DNA from: a virus
Strand: one strand, 5' to 3'
IMG/VR virus record: IMGVR_UViG_3300045988_009985
DNA length: 43,260 nt
Of the stretch, positions 1-7,731 are shown in pieces; within the stretch, counting starts at the first letter, position 1, and each line of letters opens with the position of its first letter. The notes beneath the pieces were generated by a model. The model was not told the origin of the DNA. It worked only from the letters and a program-made list of their open reading frames with translations, and ran no database searches. Made by a program: the position numbers and the translations under genes.

Positions 1-99
1 CAACGCGCCGCGTCAACCGTTATCTGCCGCATGGTTGTTCTCCGCTCTCATGCAGCCCCAGCAGAGCCGCTTGCCGTACTTCTTTACCGCGTTCTCTAC
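1..99. repeat. Terminal direct repeat, identical to 43162-43260. Most likely the assembly overlap of a circular 43,161-bp molecule.
   Basis: Both ends read caacgcgccgcgtcaaccgttatctgccgcatggttgttctccgc... The ERF and NinB-like ORFs continue seamlessly across the junction. Confidence 0.9.
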
Positions 100-636
100 A
101 ATCTCGTTGGTTGGATACACACGATCCCCACACTTTACCGGTTTGATGGGCAGTCCGCAGCACTCACACAGCACTGGGGTCTCTGCCTTGTTCTCCTGTT
201 TCTTTTCGCGCTTATTCGTCGCGTCCTCCTGTCGCTTGGCTTCGTCCGTGTCTGCGTCCTTGGTGTCGTCGATGCAGAACAGCCCATTCAATGCGTACTT
301 TCTGGCGTAGCTGGATGCCATGCCGGTGATCTGGCTGTCATCCATGCCCTTCTTGTCCTGCGGCTCTCGGGCGTAGGCGTCCACCTCAACAAAACTGTCG
401 CTCTCCTGATCGGCAAGCGTGGCTGTGGCGATAACGTAAAATCGCCCGGCAATTTCGCGCACCGCGTCGTTCAGTAAAAGTGTAGCTTTGTTCTTAACGC
501 ACAGGGGTTTTACCGCCTCAAGAATGTCCTCACAGCTCCGGTAGTTGTACTTGGCGAAGCTGTTGTACTGGCTCTTTGGCGCTTTGAGTTCCTGCTGGAT
601 CGCCGCCAGTTTCCCATAAATATTCAGCCCCATCAC
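13..636 (-). CDS. erf: ERF-family single-strand annealing protein with a C-terminal zinc ribbon
   Basis: ERF-like motifs are present (KYNYRSCEDILEAVKP, GMASSYARKYALNGLF). The C-terminus carries CECCG...CWGC. It sits between Gp157-like and NinB-like genes. Confidence 0.8.
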   Translation of the reverse strand: MMGLNIYGKLAAIQQELKAPKSQYNSFAKYNYRSCEDILEAVKPLCVKNKATLLLNDAVREIAGRFYVIATATLADQESDSFVEVDAYAREPQDKKGMDDSQITGMASSYARKYALNGLFCIDDTKDADTDEAKRQEDATNKREKKQENKAETPVLCECCGLPIKPVKCGDRVYPTNEIVENAVKKYGKRLCWGCMRAENNHAADNG

Positions 637-1124
637 TTCACCCCCATGTTCATCCGCTCACACAGCTCCGCGCCGGTCACGGCCATGCCGGACTTCAGAA
701 GCGGCGCAATGTCCGTCTTGCTCACCGTCGGCTGGGCATAGGTGATCTTGCCGTCGTACCCGTTGTCCATGCACCACTGCACCACCGCGTCCATGTCGGT
801 GATCTCCACCGCCGTGCTCTTGCGGTATGTCACGGCGCATTTGGCCGTCTGGAATGCCGCGCCGCCCAGCGCCTTCTCTGCGTAGTCCAGCAGCTTCTCC
901 CTCTTGCGCTCCAGCTCCTTTCGCCGCTCGGCAAGCTCCTTCTCCTCCTCGCGGATGGCCTTTGCCTCCGCCGCCAGATTCTTTGTCCAGCAGAGTACGC
1001 CCTCGATCTTGTCGTCCCGCGCCATTTGCAGTGCCTCGAACGCATCAAAATCCAGCACCTCGCCGGTTTCCTGGTCGATCAGGCTCTCCAGCTCTCGGTC
1101 GATGTGATACAAACTCATACTCAT
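633..1124 (-). CDS. Siphovirus Gp157-like protein
   Basis: The N-terminus reads MSMSLYHIDRELESLIDQETGEV, followed by a coiled coil, as is typical of the Gp157 family. GGGAGG lies 7 nt upstream of the ATG at 1124, which forms an ATGA overlap with the upstream stop. Confidence 0.7.
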   Translation of the reverse strand: MSMSLYHIDRELESLIDQETGEVLDFDAFEALQMARDDKIEGVLCWTKNLAAEAKAIREEEKELAERRKELERKREKLLDYAEKALGGAAFQTAKCAVTYRKSTAVEITDMDAVVQWCMDNGYDGKITYAQPTVSKTDIAPLLKSGMAVTGAELCERMNMGVK

Positions 1125-1300
1125 TTCTGTTCCTCCCATGCGTCCTTCGCTTCAATGCAGCAATCGCACCCCACGATGACGCCGTCCTTGTTCTTGTAGT
1201 AGGTGTCCGTCTCCTCCCCGCACACGGGGCAGACGGGCAGATCGTAGTCCTTCGGCTCTAAGGGCCGCTCCGGCTCCCAATACTGCATCACGCTTCTCAT
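1121..1300 (-). CDS. Small zinc-ribbon protein (59 aa)
   Basis: It carries CPVCG...CDCC. An ATGA overlap links it to the upstream gene at 1297-1300. Confidence 0.6.
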   Translation of the reverse strand: MRSVMQYWEPERPLEPKDYDLPVCPVCGEETDTYYKNKDGVIVGCDCCIEAKDAWEEQK

Positions 1301-1815
1301 ACCGGTCGACCCGCCGCTTTCAGCACGTCCCGCATCGGCTTTCTGGCCTTGAGGATGGACATGGCTCGCGCCGTGTCCCGCCTGTATTGCCGCCACAGGT
1401 CGCTCAGCTCGTCGCTCTGGTAATATCCGTCACCGTCGTTGCAGATCATCAAACCCTGCTTCTTTGCCTCGGCCACCGCCTTTCGCATCTTCCGGTCGGT
1501 GGTGTGCAGCGCCGCCGCCAGATCCTCACGGCTGATGGCGTTCCTGCGCCCCTTTGGGATCAGACCGGCGATCCGCTCCGTATCCGCCGTCCGCGGGGGA
1601 ATGTCGGCTTTCTCGTCATCGCCGAACAGGTACGCCCTGCTTGTCCGCAGCGCCGCCTCCAGCGCTGTCATGACCTCCTCTGTGGGCAGGCACGCGCCGT
1701 TTTCAAACCGGCTCACCATGCTCACGTCCATCCGTGGGTCTGTCAGCTTCAGAATGCCGCTGACATCCTCCTGCGTCAGCCCCAGCTCCAGCCGCCTTTC
1801 TTTCAGTCGGTTCAT
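1297..1815 (-). CDS. XRE-type HTH protein with a C-terminal winged-helix-like domain
   Basis: MNRLKERRLELGLTQEDVS... is a Cro/C1-type HTH. The start forms an ATGA overlap at 1812-1815. Confidence 0.7.
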   Translation of the reverse strand: MNRLKERRLELGLTQEDVSGILKLTDPRMDVSMVSRFENGACLPTEEVMTALEAALRTSRAYLFGDDEKADIPPRTADTERIAGLIPKGRRNAISREDLAAALHTTDRKMRKAVAEAKKQGLMICNDGDGYYQSDELSDLWRQYRRDTARAMSILKARKPMRDVLKAAGRPV

Positions 1816-2702
1816 TTCTGCACCTCCATCCACCGGCCGTTCTTAACGGTGTACCACACGCCTGGTTTCAGCGTTTTACCATCAACGATGCCAGCAAGGA
1901 TGGCGGCGACCTCTCCATTATCCCTACGCTCTACGCAGACAATAGCGTTGCCGATATCGCCCATAACGTGACCAAAAAAGCCGGTTGTCATAGCCACACA
2001 GTATTTGCCGGTGGCGGATGCTGCGCCCCTCCAGCCGGTGGCGGATGCTGCGCCACTCCAGCCGGTGGCAGATGCTGCGCCCCTCTCGCCGGTGGCAGAT
2101 GCTGCGCCACTCTCGCCGGTGGCAGATGCTGCGCCACTATCGCCGGTGGCAGATGCTGCGCCACTATCGCCGGTGGCGGATGCTGCGCCCCTCCGGCCGG
2201 TGGCGGATGCTGCGCCACTCCAGCCGGTGGCAGATGCTGCGCCCCTCTCGCCGGTGGCAGATGCTGCGCCACTCTCGCCGGTGGCGGATGCTGCGCCACT
2301 CTCGCCGGTGGCAGATGCTGCGCCCCTCTCGCCGGTGGCGTGGTTTTTCTTTTCAGCGTCTGCCTTTTTGATGGCGTTGTCAAAGTCGCACTGCGCCTTG
2401 ACGTACTCCACCTGGGCCTTGACCAGCCCCGGAATGCCGATCTCCGCGCTTAATGTCAGTTTCTTGCCGACGCGCTTCGTGTCATCGCTGCGCTTCGCGT
2501 CGCTGACATCCTCCAACTCCGCCTCAAAGTACCGAGAACCGTCACCGGGCGCGTAGTAGCCCAGCACATCCAGCGGCATCTCACAGGCGTGTAGGCCGTT
2601 CTTGCACAGCTCAATATCACCATCGACCTCCGCCGTTTTCCCCAGCTCATACTGGAAGTCACGGCACTTCATATCCTTATCCGTAGCCTTGTAAACCTTC
2701 AT
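1812..2702 (-). CDS. Repeat protein with a DUF7666-like N-terminal domain plus 12 nonapeptide ATGxxGAAS repeats
   Basis: The N-terminus reads KATDKDMKCRDFQYELGK...LCKNGLHACEMPLDVLGYY. The central part is 12 x (A-T-G-x-x-G-A-A-S). The C-terminus reads GKTLKPGVWYTVKNGRWMEV. Confidence 0.75.
   Translation of the reverse strand: MKVYKATDKDMKCRDFQYELGKTAEVDGDIELCKNGLHACEMPLDVLGYYAPGDGSRYFEAELEDVSDAKRSDDTKRVGKKLTLSAEIGIPGLVKAQVEYVKAQCDFDNAIKKADAEKKNHATGERGAASATGESGAASATGESGAASATGERGAASATGWSGAASATGRRGAASATGDSGAASATGDSGAASATGESGAASATGERGAASATGWSGAASATGWRGAASATGKYCVAMTTGFFGHVMGDIGNAIVCVERRDNGEVAAILAGIVDGKTLKPGVWYTVKNGRWMEVQK
2007..2339. repeat. 27-bp tandem repeat of 12 full units plus a 9-bp partial unit, lying inside CDS 1812..2702
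   Basis: The unit is gccggtggc[a/g]gatgctgcgcc[cc/ac]t[c/a][t/c][c/a/g]. It is open in several frames, which produces many shadow ORFs. Confidence 0.95.
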
Positions 2703-2926
2703 CTTCCATCCCTCTTTCTTATCACCATTTTGGCCCTCTCGCGCCTTGCGTTGTTCATGCTGTAAAAGTCGATCTCGCTGTACGCCGCGTAGCGCTTGGC
2801 CTTGTCAGCCTTGATGTCCTCCAGATACGCCGCGTACTCCTCGCACTGTCCGTGGCACTTTGGGTGCCTGCTCCGGCAGTCCTTGCAGGGCGTGCCCACT
2901 CTGTTCGTCAGACCTACCATTCCCAC
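2699..2926 (-). CDS. Small Cys/His-rich protein
   Basis: It contains CKDCRSRHPKCHGQC. It overlaps both neighbours, which suggests translational coupling. Confidence 0.55.
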   Translation of the reverse strand: MGMVGLTNRVGTPCKDCRSRHPKCHGQCEEYAAYLEDIKADKAKRYAAYSEIDFYSMNNARRERAKMVIRKRDGR

Positions 2927-3429
2927 TGCACCATTGCTTTCACCACACCAGCCTGCGCCGCCTCCTCGTGGGTCATCAGCACGTCCACCGTGTAGCCGTA
3001 CACTCCGGTGTCGGCTGCTATGTACTCCTTGCCTCCGATAGTCACGGTGCTGCCCAGCGGGATAATGTCCGGGTCAACCGCCACCGCCTCGCCGATGCAG
3101 ACCCACCGTCCGGAGGCCGTCAGCACCTGCCCTGCCTCGTTGCGGTTGATGTCCGCATAGGGCGTGCAGCAGGCGCAATATCCGGTGATGTCGCATACCA
3201 GCAGATTCTCCGGCGGCTTCGCGGCGGACAGCACCGCCGCCTGCACCGCAGCGGGCAGGGGAGGGGGGACGTCCTCCGGCTCCTGTGCCTCCGGCAGCGT
3301 CAGCGCCCAGAGGAGGATGCCGATGATCAGCAGGATCATCAAAGCGTTGAGGATCCAGAGCCGCCTGTTCCACCGCCGCTCCCAGCAGCGCTGGGAATAC
3401 TCCCGCGCCCGCCTGTTCCGCTCTCTCAT
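2914..3429 (-). CDS. Membrane-anchored 3D-domain (RlpA-like double-psi beta-barrel) protein
   Basis: Starting at MRERNRR (ATG 3429), there is a TM helix (LWILNALMILLIIGILLWAL) and then GYCACC...VAVDPDIIPLGSTV...ADTG, typical of 3D domains. Confidence 0.65.
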   Translation of the reverse strand: MRERNRRAREYSQRCWERRWNRRLWILNALMILLIIGILLWALTLPEAQEPEDVPPPLPAAVQAAVLSAAKPPENLLVCDITGYCACCTPYADINRNEAGQVLTASGRWVCIGEAVAVDPDIIPLGSTVTIGGKEYIAADTGVYGYTVDVLMTHEEAAQAGVVKAMVQWEW

Positions 3430-3511
3430 CGTCCCAGCGCCTCCACGCCCTTGACGATGGCCCAGCTCAGCCACGCCGCGCCGATAAACGCCAGCGCCCA
3501 TGCAAACGCGC

Positions 3512-3721
3512 TCATTCCTCCACCGTCCTTTCCGCGATCCATGCGTCCAGCTGCTTCTTGAAGATCTGGAACACAGGGCTTCGCTCCATCTCGATCACGA
3601 TCCCGAAGGGATACACCCCCTGCTTGATGCCCTGCCGCAGCGTATCCGGCGATATGCTCAACCCGCGATCCCGCAGGTACTGTGCTGCGTCCTGCGGCGT
3701 CAGCGTTGCGATCCTGCTCAT
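3512..3721 (-). CDS. Small HTH DNA-binding protein (excisionase/MerR-like)
   Basis: It reads MSRIATLTPQDAAQYLRDRGLSISPDTLRQ. An ATGA-type overlap links it to the upstream gene. Confidence 0.6.
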   Translation of the reverse strand: MSRIATLTPQDAAQYLRDRGLSISPDTLRQGIKQGVYPFGIVIEMERSPVFQIFKKQLDAWIAERTVEE

Positions 3722-3879
3722 TTCAGCGCACCTCCGTCCACCGCCGCGCACAGCGTGTCGCACAGATTCTTGCAGGGGCAGGAGGGGCAATCGCACTCCA
3801 GCGGGCTTTTGTTCTCGCACAGCGCGTCCGTCCGTGCCAGGAAAACGCTTTCCAGCGCCCTGTACTCGTCTCTGCTCAT
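3718..3879 (-). CDS. Small Cys-rich protein (53 aa)
   Basis: It contains CENKSPLECDCPSCPCKNLCDTLC. The start overlaps the upstream stop. Confidence 0.5.
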   Translation of the reverse strand: MSRDEYRALESVFLARTDALCENKSPLECDCPSCPCKNLCDTLCAAVDGGALK

Positions 3880-4070
3880 TTCTTTCTCCTCTCGATGATG
3901 GCATCCAGCGCATTTTCCATGCGCTTCTGGATGTCCTTCGGCTTCTTCACGCCGTTCAGAATCTGGCACACATACGCCTTTCCGATCCCCAGCTCCGCGC
4001 CCAGCTCGGCGTAGGTAATGCGGTTGTTGTGCATCCTCCCGATCAGGCGTCCCGTCCATGCTTCCGGCAT
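3876..4070 (-). CDS. Cro-like HTH protein; first gene of the minus-strand early operon
   Basis: RITYAELGAELGIGKAYVCQILNG is an HTH. The gene is divergent from the plus-strand lysogeny genes, and GAAAGGAG precedes the ATG. Confidence 0.65.
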   Translation of the reverse strand: MPEAWTGRLIGRMHNNRITYAELGAELGIGKAYVCQILNGVKKPKDIQKRMENALDAIIERRKK

Positions 4071-4158
4071 TTCTTATCTCCTTTCAAATTTATAGTTGCA
4101 AAAGTTTACTTTCCGTGATACCATAAAGTTGCCACACATCATGCATCACGAGGTGCTT
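4071..4158. promoter_or_regulatory. Divergent early/lysogeny control region (putative genetic switch)
   Basis: An 88-bp AT-rich gap separates the divergent genes. A possible plus-strand promoter is TTGCAA-17 nt-TACCAT. AGTTGC is repeated at about 4104 and 4128. Confidence 0.35.
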
Positions 4159-4512
4159 ATGACCAGATACGATCTGCTTTCCGTCCTTCTGGACAACGGC
4201 GGCGAAATGGAACAGTCCCAGCTGTTGAACAAATTCCCGGACGCCCAAGTTACCGCCGAGGGCTTTTTCCAAATGCTTCTGGATGACCGCTGCATCAAAT
4301 GCGGCAAAGAACCGCGGTCAACTGTCTCCATCACATTCAAAGGCAAAGCCCTTTACTCACAGCTTGATCAGGAAAAGAAAGACCACGACGAGGAACGCGC
4401 CTACATTCGAGCCGTAAATCATAGCTCTCGCAATATCGCAATAATAGCCGCGTGCGCTGGTGTGATCGCCGCAGTCTTGTCCTTTATCCAAATTCTTCTG
4501 CTTCTCCTGTGA
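4159..4512 (+). CDS. Hypothetical protein with a C-terminal TM anchor (alternative start at 4141)
   Basis: MTRYDLLSVLLDNGGEMEQSQLL is wHTH-like. The C-terminus IAIIAACAGVIAAVLSFIQILLLLL is hydrophobic. Confidence 0.5.
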   Translation: MTRYDLLSVLLDNGGEMEQSQLLNKFPDAQVTAEGFFQMLLDDRCIKCGKEPRSTVSITFKGKALYSQLDQEKKDHDEERAYIRAVNHSSRNIAIIAACAGVIAAVLSFIQILLLLL

Positions 4513-4622
4513 TAACCGCCGTAAATGGCTCACCAGCACCCAAATGTTCCCGATCAATACAGCGGTGCAGTACTGAAAGGCCAATACTGCTCCTGCGCCC
4601 ATTCTCTCACCCCCTCTCTCTT

Positions 4623-4699
4623 TGTTGCGTTTGTTACCTAACACGATGCCATTATATAGCTAACATTCGCAACAGTCAACACGAAATGTTGCGTTTGTT
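4623..4699. promoter_or_regulatory. Candidate operator repeats upstream of the XRE repressor gene
   Basis: TGTTGCGTTTGTT occurs twice, at 4623-4635 and 4687-4699. An inverted half-site CGCAACA lies at 4668-4674. Confidence 0.4.
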
Positions 4700-4736
4700 C
4701 ACTTTTGTATCCTTGCACAACAAGGAGGTATAAATT

Positions 4737-5054
4737 TTGTTTTATTTGACGTTTATTGAGCTATGCTCAAAAATAAAAAAGTCCCCATCCGCAGTCGCAG
4801 AGGAGATGGGATTCAAAAGATCAGTTGTCACGCGCTGGCGGAACGGGACAGTCCCCCGCGATGCCAACTTGCAGCGCATAGCTGACTATTTTGGTGTTCC
4901 GGTCGAAACCCTGACCGCAGGGCAAAAAGAAACCGCGCCCACCGTTACCGATGAGCGCGATCTTGAAATGCTGTCTCTGCTGTCCCGCCTTACGCCGGAG
5001 CAGAAGGAGATGCTTCTTCTCCAGATAAAAGGGCTTTTGCCGCCGCAAGAATAA
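4737..5054 (+). CDS. XRE/CI-type HTH repressor (TTG start)
   Basis: AAGGAGG lies 8 nt upstream of the TTG. KSPSAVAEEMGFKRSVVTRWRNGTVPRDANLQRIADYFGV is a Cro/C1 HTH. Confidence 0.75.
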   Translation: MFYLTFIELCSKIKKSPSAVAEEMGFKRSVVTRWRNGTVPRDANLQRIADYFGVPVETLTAGQKETAPTVTDERDLEMLSLLSRLTPEQKEMLLLQIKGLLPPQE

Positions 5055-5186
5055 TGTCCTTCTCCGTTTCTCCAAGCTGTACAAACAGCTCCATTAGTTT
5101 TTTGTCCATTTTTCCCCTCTCTTTCGTCAAATCACACAGTTTTTTTGCTCCGTGTTTGGCTATATATCCAAATTTATTTTCTTAAC

Positions 5187-5215
5187 TTGTTTACATTCCG
5201 TGCAGTTTGTATAAT
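5187..5215 (+). promoter_or_regulatory. Sigma-70-type promoter for gene 5239..5757
   Basis: TTGTTT-17 nt-TATAAT. The perfect -10 box lies 24 nt upstream of the ATG. Confidence 0.55.
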
Positions 5216-5238
5216 ATTGTCCGGAAGGGGGTGAACAA

Positions 5239-5757
5239 ATGGATTCTCAGGATAACGTAAGATTCCAATTAAAGGGTATGCCAACGTCCCCGCTTGTTGA
5301 AAACCGCGCGACCAGTCCGCCCCCAGTTACACCAAAAAAGAAAAAATCGCATTGGCAAGCTGTCTTGTGTGCATTGATAATCCTTGCCGCCTATATGTGC
5401 GGAGACTACTTCGGGCATGATCGGGGGTATACCCAAGGAAAAACAGATACGTATGACACTGCATACGCCAAAGGGAAAGATGCCGGATATACTACAGGTT
5501 ATGACGACGGCTACGACAACGGGTATTCAGACGGGGAAAAATACGGTCGCGCAGCCGAAATTTCGAAGAACTTAAGGAACAGAATTAAAACGAACAGTTC
5601 TCCGCAAGTTACATATGACTACACGGTTTATATTACTGCCACCGGGTCGAAATACCACAGGTGGGGGTGCCAATACTTAAAAGAGAGCTGTTACTACCTG
5701 TTGCGTTCAGACGCAATCTCCAGAGGCTATACGCCCTGCTCTGTATGTAACCCATAA
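5239..5757 (+). CDS. Membrane-anchored protein with a GY-rich linker and a C-terminal Zn-ribbon (Ada-like) module
   Basis: The TM helix is WQAVLCALIILAAYMCG, followed by GYTQG/GYTTGYDDGYDNGYSDG repeats. The C-terminus reads YITATGSKYHRWGCQYL...GYTPCSVCNP. Confidence 0.6.
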   Translation: MDSQDNVRFQLKGMPTSPLVENRATSPPPVTPKKKKSHWQAVLCALIILAAYMCGDYFGHDRGYTQGKTDTYDTAYAKGKDAGYTTGYDDGYDNGYSDGEKYGRAAEISKNLRNRIKTNSSPQVTYDYTVYITATGSKYHRWGCQYLKESCYYLLRSDAISRGYTPCSVCNP

Positions 5758-5764
5758 ACAATGC

Positions 5765-5796
5765 GCCCCCGCCGCCTCCGCAACGGCGGCGGGGGC
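5765..5796 (+). terminator. GC-rich hairpin downstream of 5239..5757, with no clear U-tract
   Basis: gcccccgccgcc and ggcggcgggggc form a 12-bp stem with an 8-nt loop. Confidence 0.4.
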
Positions 5797-5951
5797 TTAC
5801 AGCAGACACACCAACCATCACGCGCACCTGCTGCGGCTTCACCGTAACAAAACCGCATTAGGCAGGTCAACGCCAAAACGTGGCAGACCGCCCCGCCGCA
5901 CCAAACCGAAACAGGGCAGGTCTCGCCCAGTTGAGGGAGGAACGAATAATC

Positions 5952-6341
5952 ATGGAACAATCTTTACAGGAGCTTTGCAGAGAAGCAAAATACCGAGAAA
6001 AGATGACGGCGCAGGACATATCCGACTATTCCGACGTTCCGCTGTCCAGCGTCAACAATTTTTTTGCAGCCTCTTCCAAAATGCCGTCTATCTACACCGC
6101 TGGCCCCATCTGCCGCGTCCTCGGTGTGTCGATAGACGCTTTTTTTCATATTCGGCCATCGCCCGATCCGTCCATAGAAGCGCAGCTTGCCCACGAACAG
6201 GAGATGAACCAGCTCCGCGTCAGAGCCATACGCCACAAGAATTATCTGATCCTCGGCCTGATGATCCTGCTTGCCATCACCCTGGCATACGGCATTACCA
6301 TTGATATGCTGGACCCCAACATGGGGCTGTTTCGGGAATAA
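5952..6341 (+). CDS. XRE-type HTH protein with a C-terminal TM anchor
   Basis: GAGGGAGG precedes the ATG at 5952. MTAQDISDYSDVPLSSVNNFF is an HTH. The TM helix is NYLILGLMILLAITLAYGITI. Confidence 0.6.
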   Translation: MEQSLQELCREAKYREKMTAQDISDYSDVPLSSVNNFFAASSKMPSIYTAGPICRVLGVSIDAFFHIRPSPDPSIEAQLAHEQEMNQLRVRAIRHKNYLILGLMILLAITLAYGITIDMLDPNMGLFRE

Positions 6342-6443
6342 AACATTTGTTCTGTTTGTTTGCTGCCATTGTACATGACAAGCCTCTTGTTTTCAATCGG
6401 CAAGATTTACAAGATTCTTGTTTCTTCTTTGTGAGGTGTCCCT

Positions 6444-7529
6444 ATGTCTACTTGTATTAAATGCGGCGTCACCCTGGTACCGGATGCCGTTTATTGCCAT
6501 ATCTGCGGGAAAAAGCAGGTCACGGCCTCCCGCAAGGCGCTGAAACGCCCCAACGGGTCCGGCACGGTGTATAAGCTGGGTGGGCGGCGGTCGCGCCCTT
6601 GGGTCGCCGCAAAAGACGGCGTGTATATCGGGTACTACGAGCGGAAAACGGACGCGCTGGCCGCGCTGGATCGGCTGGCAGGCCGTCCGCTGGAAGAAAA
6701 GTTCAATATGACCTTTTCCGAAGTGTTTACAGAATGGAAAGCCGAACACTATCGGGAGATAGGGGAGAAGGGCGTGGAATCCTATGACAGAGCCTACGCC
6801 GTATGTGCGCCGCTGCACAATAAGAAATTCCGTGACCTGCGCACAAAGGACTTTCAAGCCATCATCGACAGCAACATGGCAAAGTCCAACTCCACGCTGT
6901 CCAAATACAAGCAGCTCATGACTCAGATGGCCCGCTGGGCCGTCCGTGAGGAGATCGCCACCACCGACTTTGCCAAATATGTCAAGCTGCCCCAGCAGGT
7001 AAAAAAAGAAAAAGCCATCTTTACAGATGACGAAATCGCGCTATTGGAAAAAGACGGCTCAGATGCCGCCAAGATCGCCCTTATGATGATTTACACCGGT
7101 ATGCGCATCGGTGAATTGTTCTCCTTGCCGCTGAAAGACTACCATGAATCGTATGTGATCGGCGGCGAAAAGACAAAGGCCGGTAGAGACCGCGTCATTC
7201 CCATCCGCCCGGAGGGCAGGAAGTATTTTGCATATTTCGCCTCCCGCGCCACCGGCGACCTGCTCATTTCCGGCTACGATGGGCAGCGCATCCCCGCCAA
7301 TTACCGCAAACGTGATTTCTATCCGTTGCTGGAAAAGCTCGGCATTCCAAAGCACACGCCCCACGCCACGCGCCACACTTACGCAACATGGGCAAGAAAT
7401 GCAGGCATCCAGCCGGAGATTTTGCAGAAGATCATCGGTCACGCAAACTTCTCCACCACGGCGGACATTTACATCCATGCAGACGCGGAAAAGCTCATCT
7501 CCGCCGTTGAATCTGCAAGTAATTTGTAA
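6444..7529 (+). CDS. int: Tyrosine integrase with an N-terminal zinc ribbon and an AP2-like DNA-binding domain
   Basis: The zinc ribbon is CIKCG...CHICG. The catalytic signature is present: TGMRIGEL (Arg), HATRHTYAT (HxxR) and IIGHANFSTTADIYIH (His, Tyr). Confidence 0.9.
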   Translation: MSTCIKCGVTLVPDAVYCHICGKKQVTASRKALKRPNGSGTVYKLGGRRSRPWVAAKDGVYIGYYERKTDALAALDRLAGRPLEEKFNMTFSEVFTEWKAEHYREIGEKGVESYDRAYAVCAPLHNKKFRDLRTKDFQAIIDSNMAKSNSTLSKYKQLMTQMARWAVREEIATTDFAKYVKLPQQVKKEKAIFTDDEIALLEKDGSDAAKIALMMIYTGMRIGELFSLPLKDYHESYVIGGEKTKAGRDRVIPIRPEGRKYFAYFASRATGDLLISGYDGQRIPANYRKRDFYPLLEKLGIPKHTPHATRHTYATWARNAGIQPEILQKIIGHANFSTTADIYIHADAEKLISAVESASNL

Positions 7530-7663
7530 GTAACCGAAAAAAAACTAAAACCGCTTAAAACGGGTTCTTGTTATTGCTTTCCTGGAAACATTATCAAAAC
7601 ACAGCGAAAACCACGCAAAAACGTTGCGAAATTATATTGTCCATATTTGACGTGCATGGGGTC

Positions 7664-7691
7664 ACAGGTTCGAGTCCTGTACCGCGCACCA
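7664..7691 (+). other. 3' fragment of a tRNA gene (T-arm, acceptor 3' strand, CCA); putative attP core
   Basis: The sequence acagg-ttcgagt-cctgt-accgcgc-a-cca matches that structure. The matching 5' acceptor gcgcggt is absent upstream, so this is not a complete tRNA. It lies 135 nt downstream of int. Confidence 0.7.
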
Positions 7692-7696
7692 AAAAA

Positions 7697-7731
7697 ATCC
7701 CTGTAACCGCAACGGTTACAGGGATTTTCTT
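7697..7731. terminator. Rho-independent, bidirectional-type terminator
   Basis: atccctgtaacc and ggttacagggat form a 12-bp stem with a 5-nt loop. The hairpin is flanked by A7 upstream and TTTTCTTATTT downstream. Confidence 0.7.

Noticed and set aside
1-99. The 99-bp end duplication considered as genuine direct terminal repeats or att sites
   Set aside because: It lies inside overlapping coding sequences far from the integrase and tRNA-fragment site. It is better explained as a circular assembly overlap.
2007-2339. Regular 27-bp repeat array considered as a CRISPR array
   Set aside because: The units are contiguous with no spacers, lie in frame inside a protein-coding gene, and vary at only a few positions. 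It is a coding tandem repeat.
4357-4644. 95-aa minus-strand ORF in the lysogeny region
   Set aside because: It overlaps the better-looking plus-strand gene 4159..4512 by about 150 nt and lacks a convincing RBS. Only its hydrophobic tail looks protein-like.
4988-5110. Roughly 40-codon minus-strand ORF (MDKKLMELFVQLGETEKDIILAAAKALL...) antisense to the 3' end of the repressor gene, with a GAGAGGGG-like RBS
   Set aside because: It is too short and unsupported. It may be an antisense regulatory peptide or RNA, but nothing in the sequence alone distinguishes it from chance.
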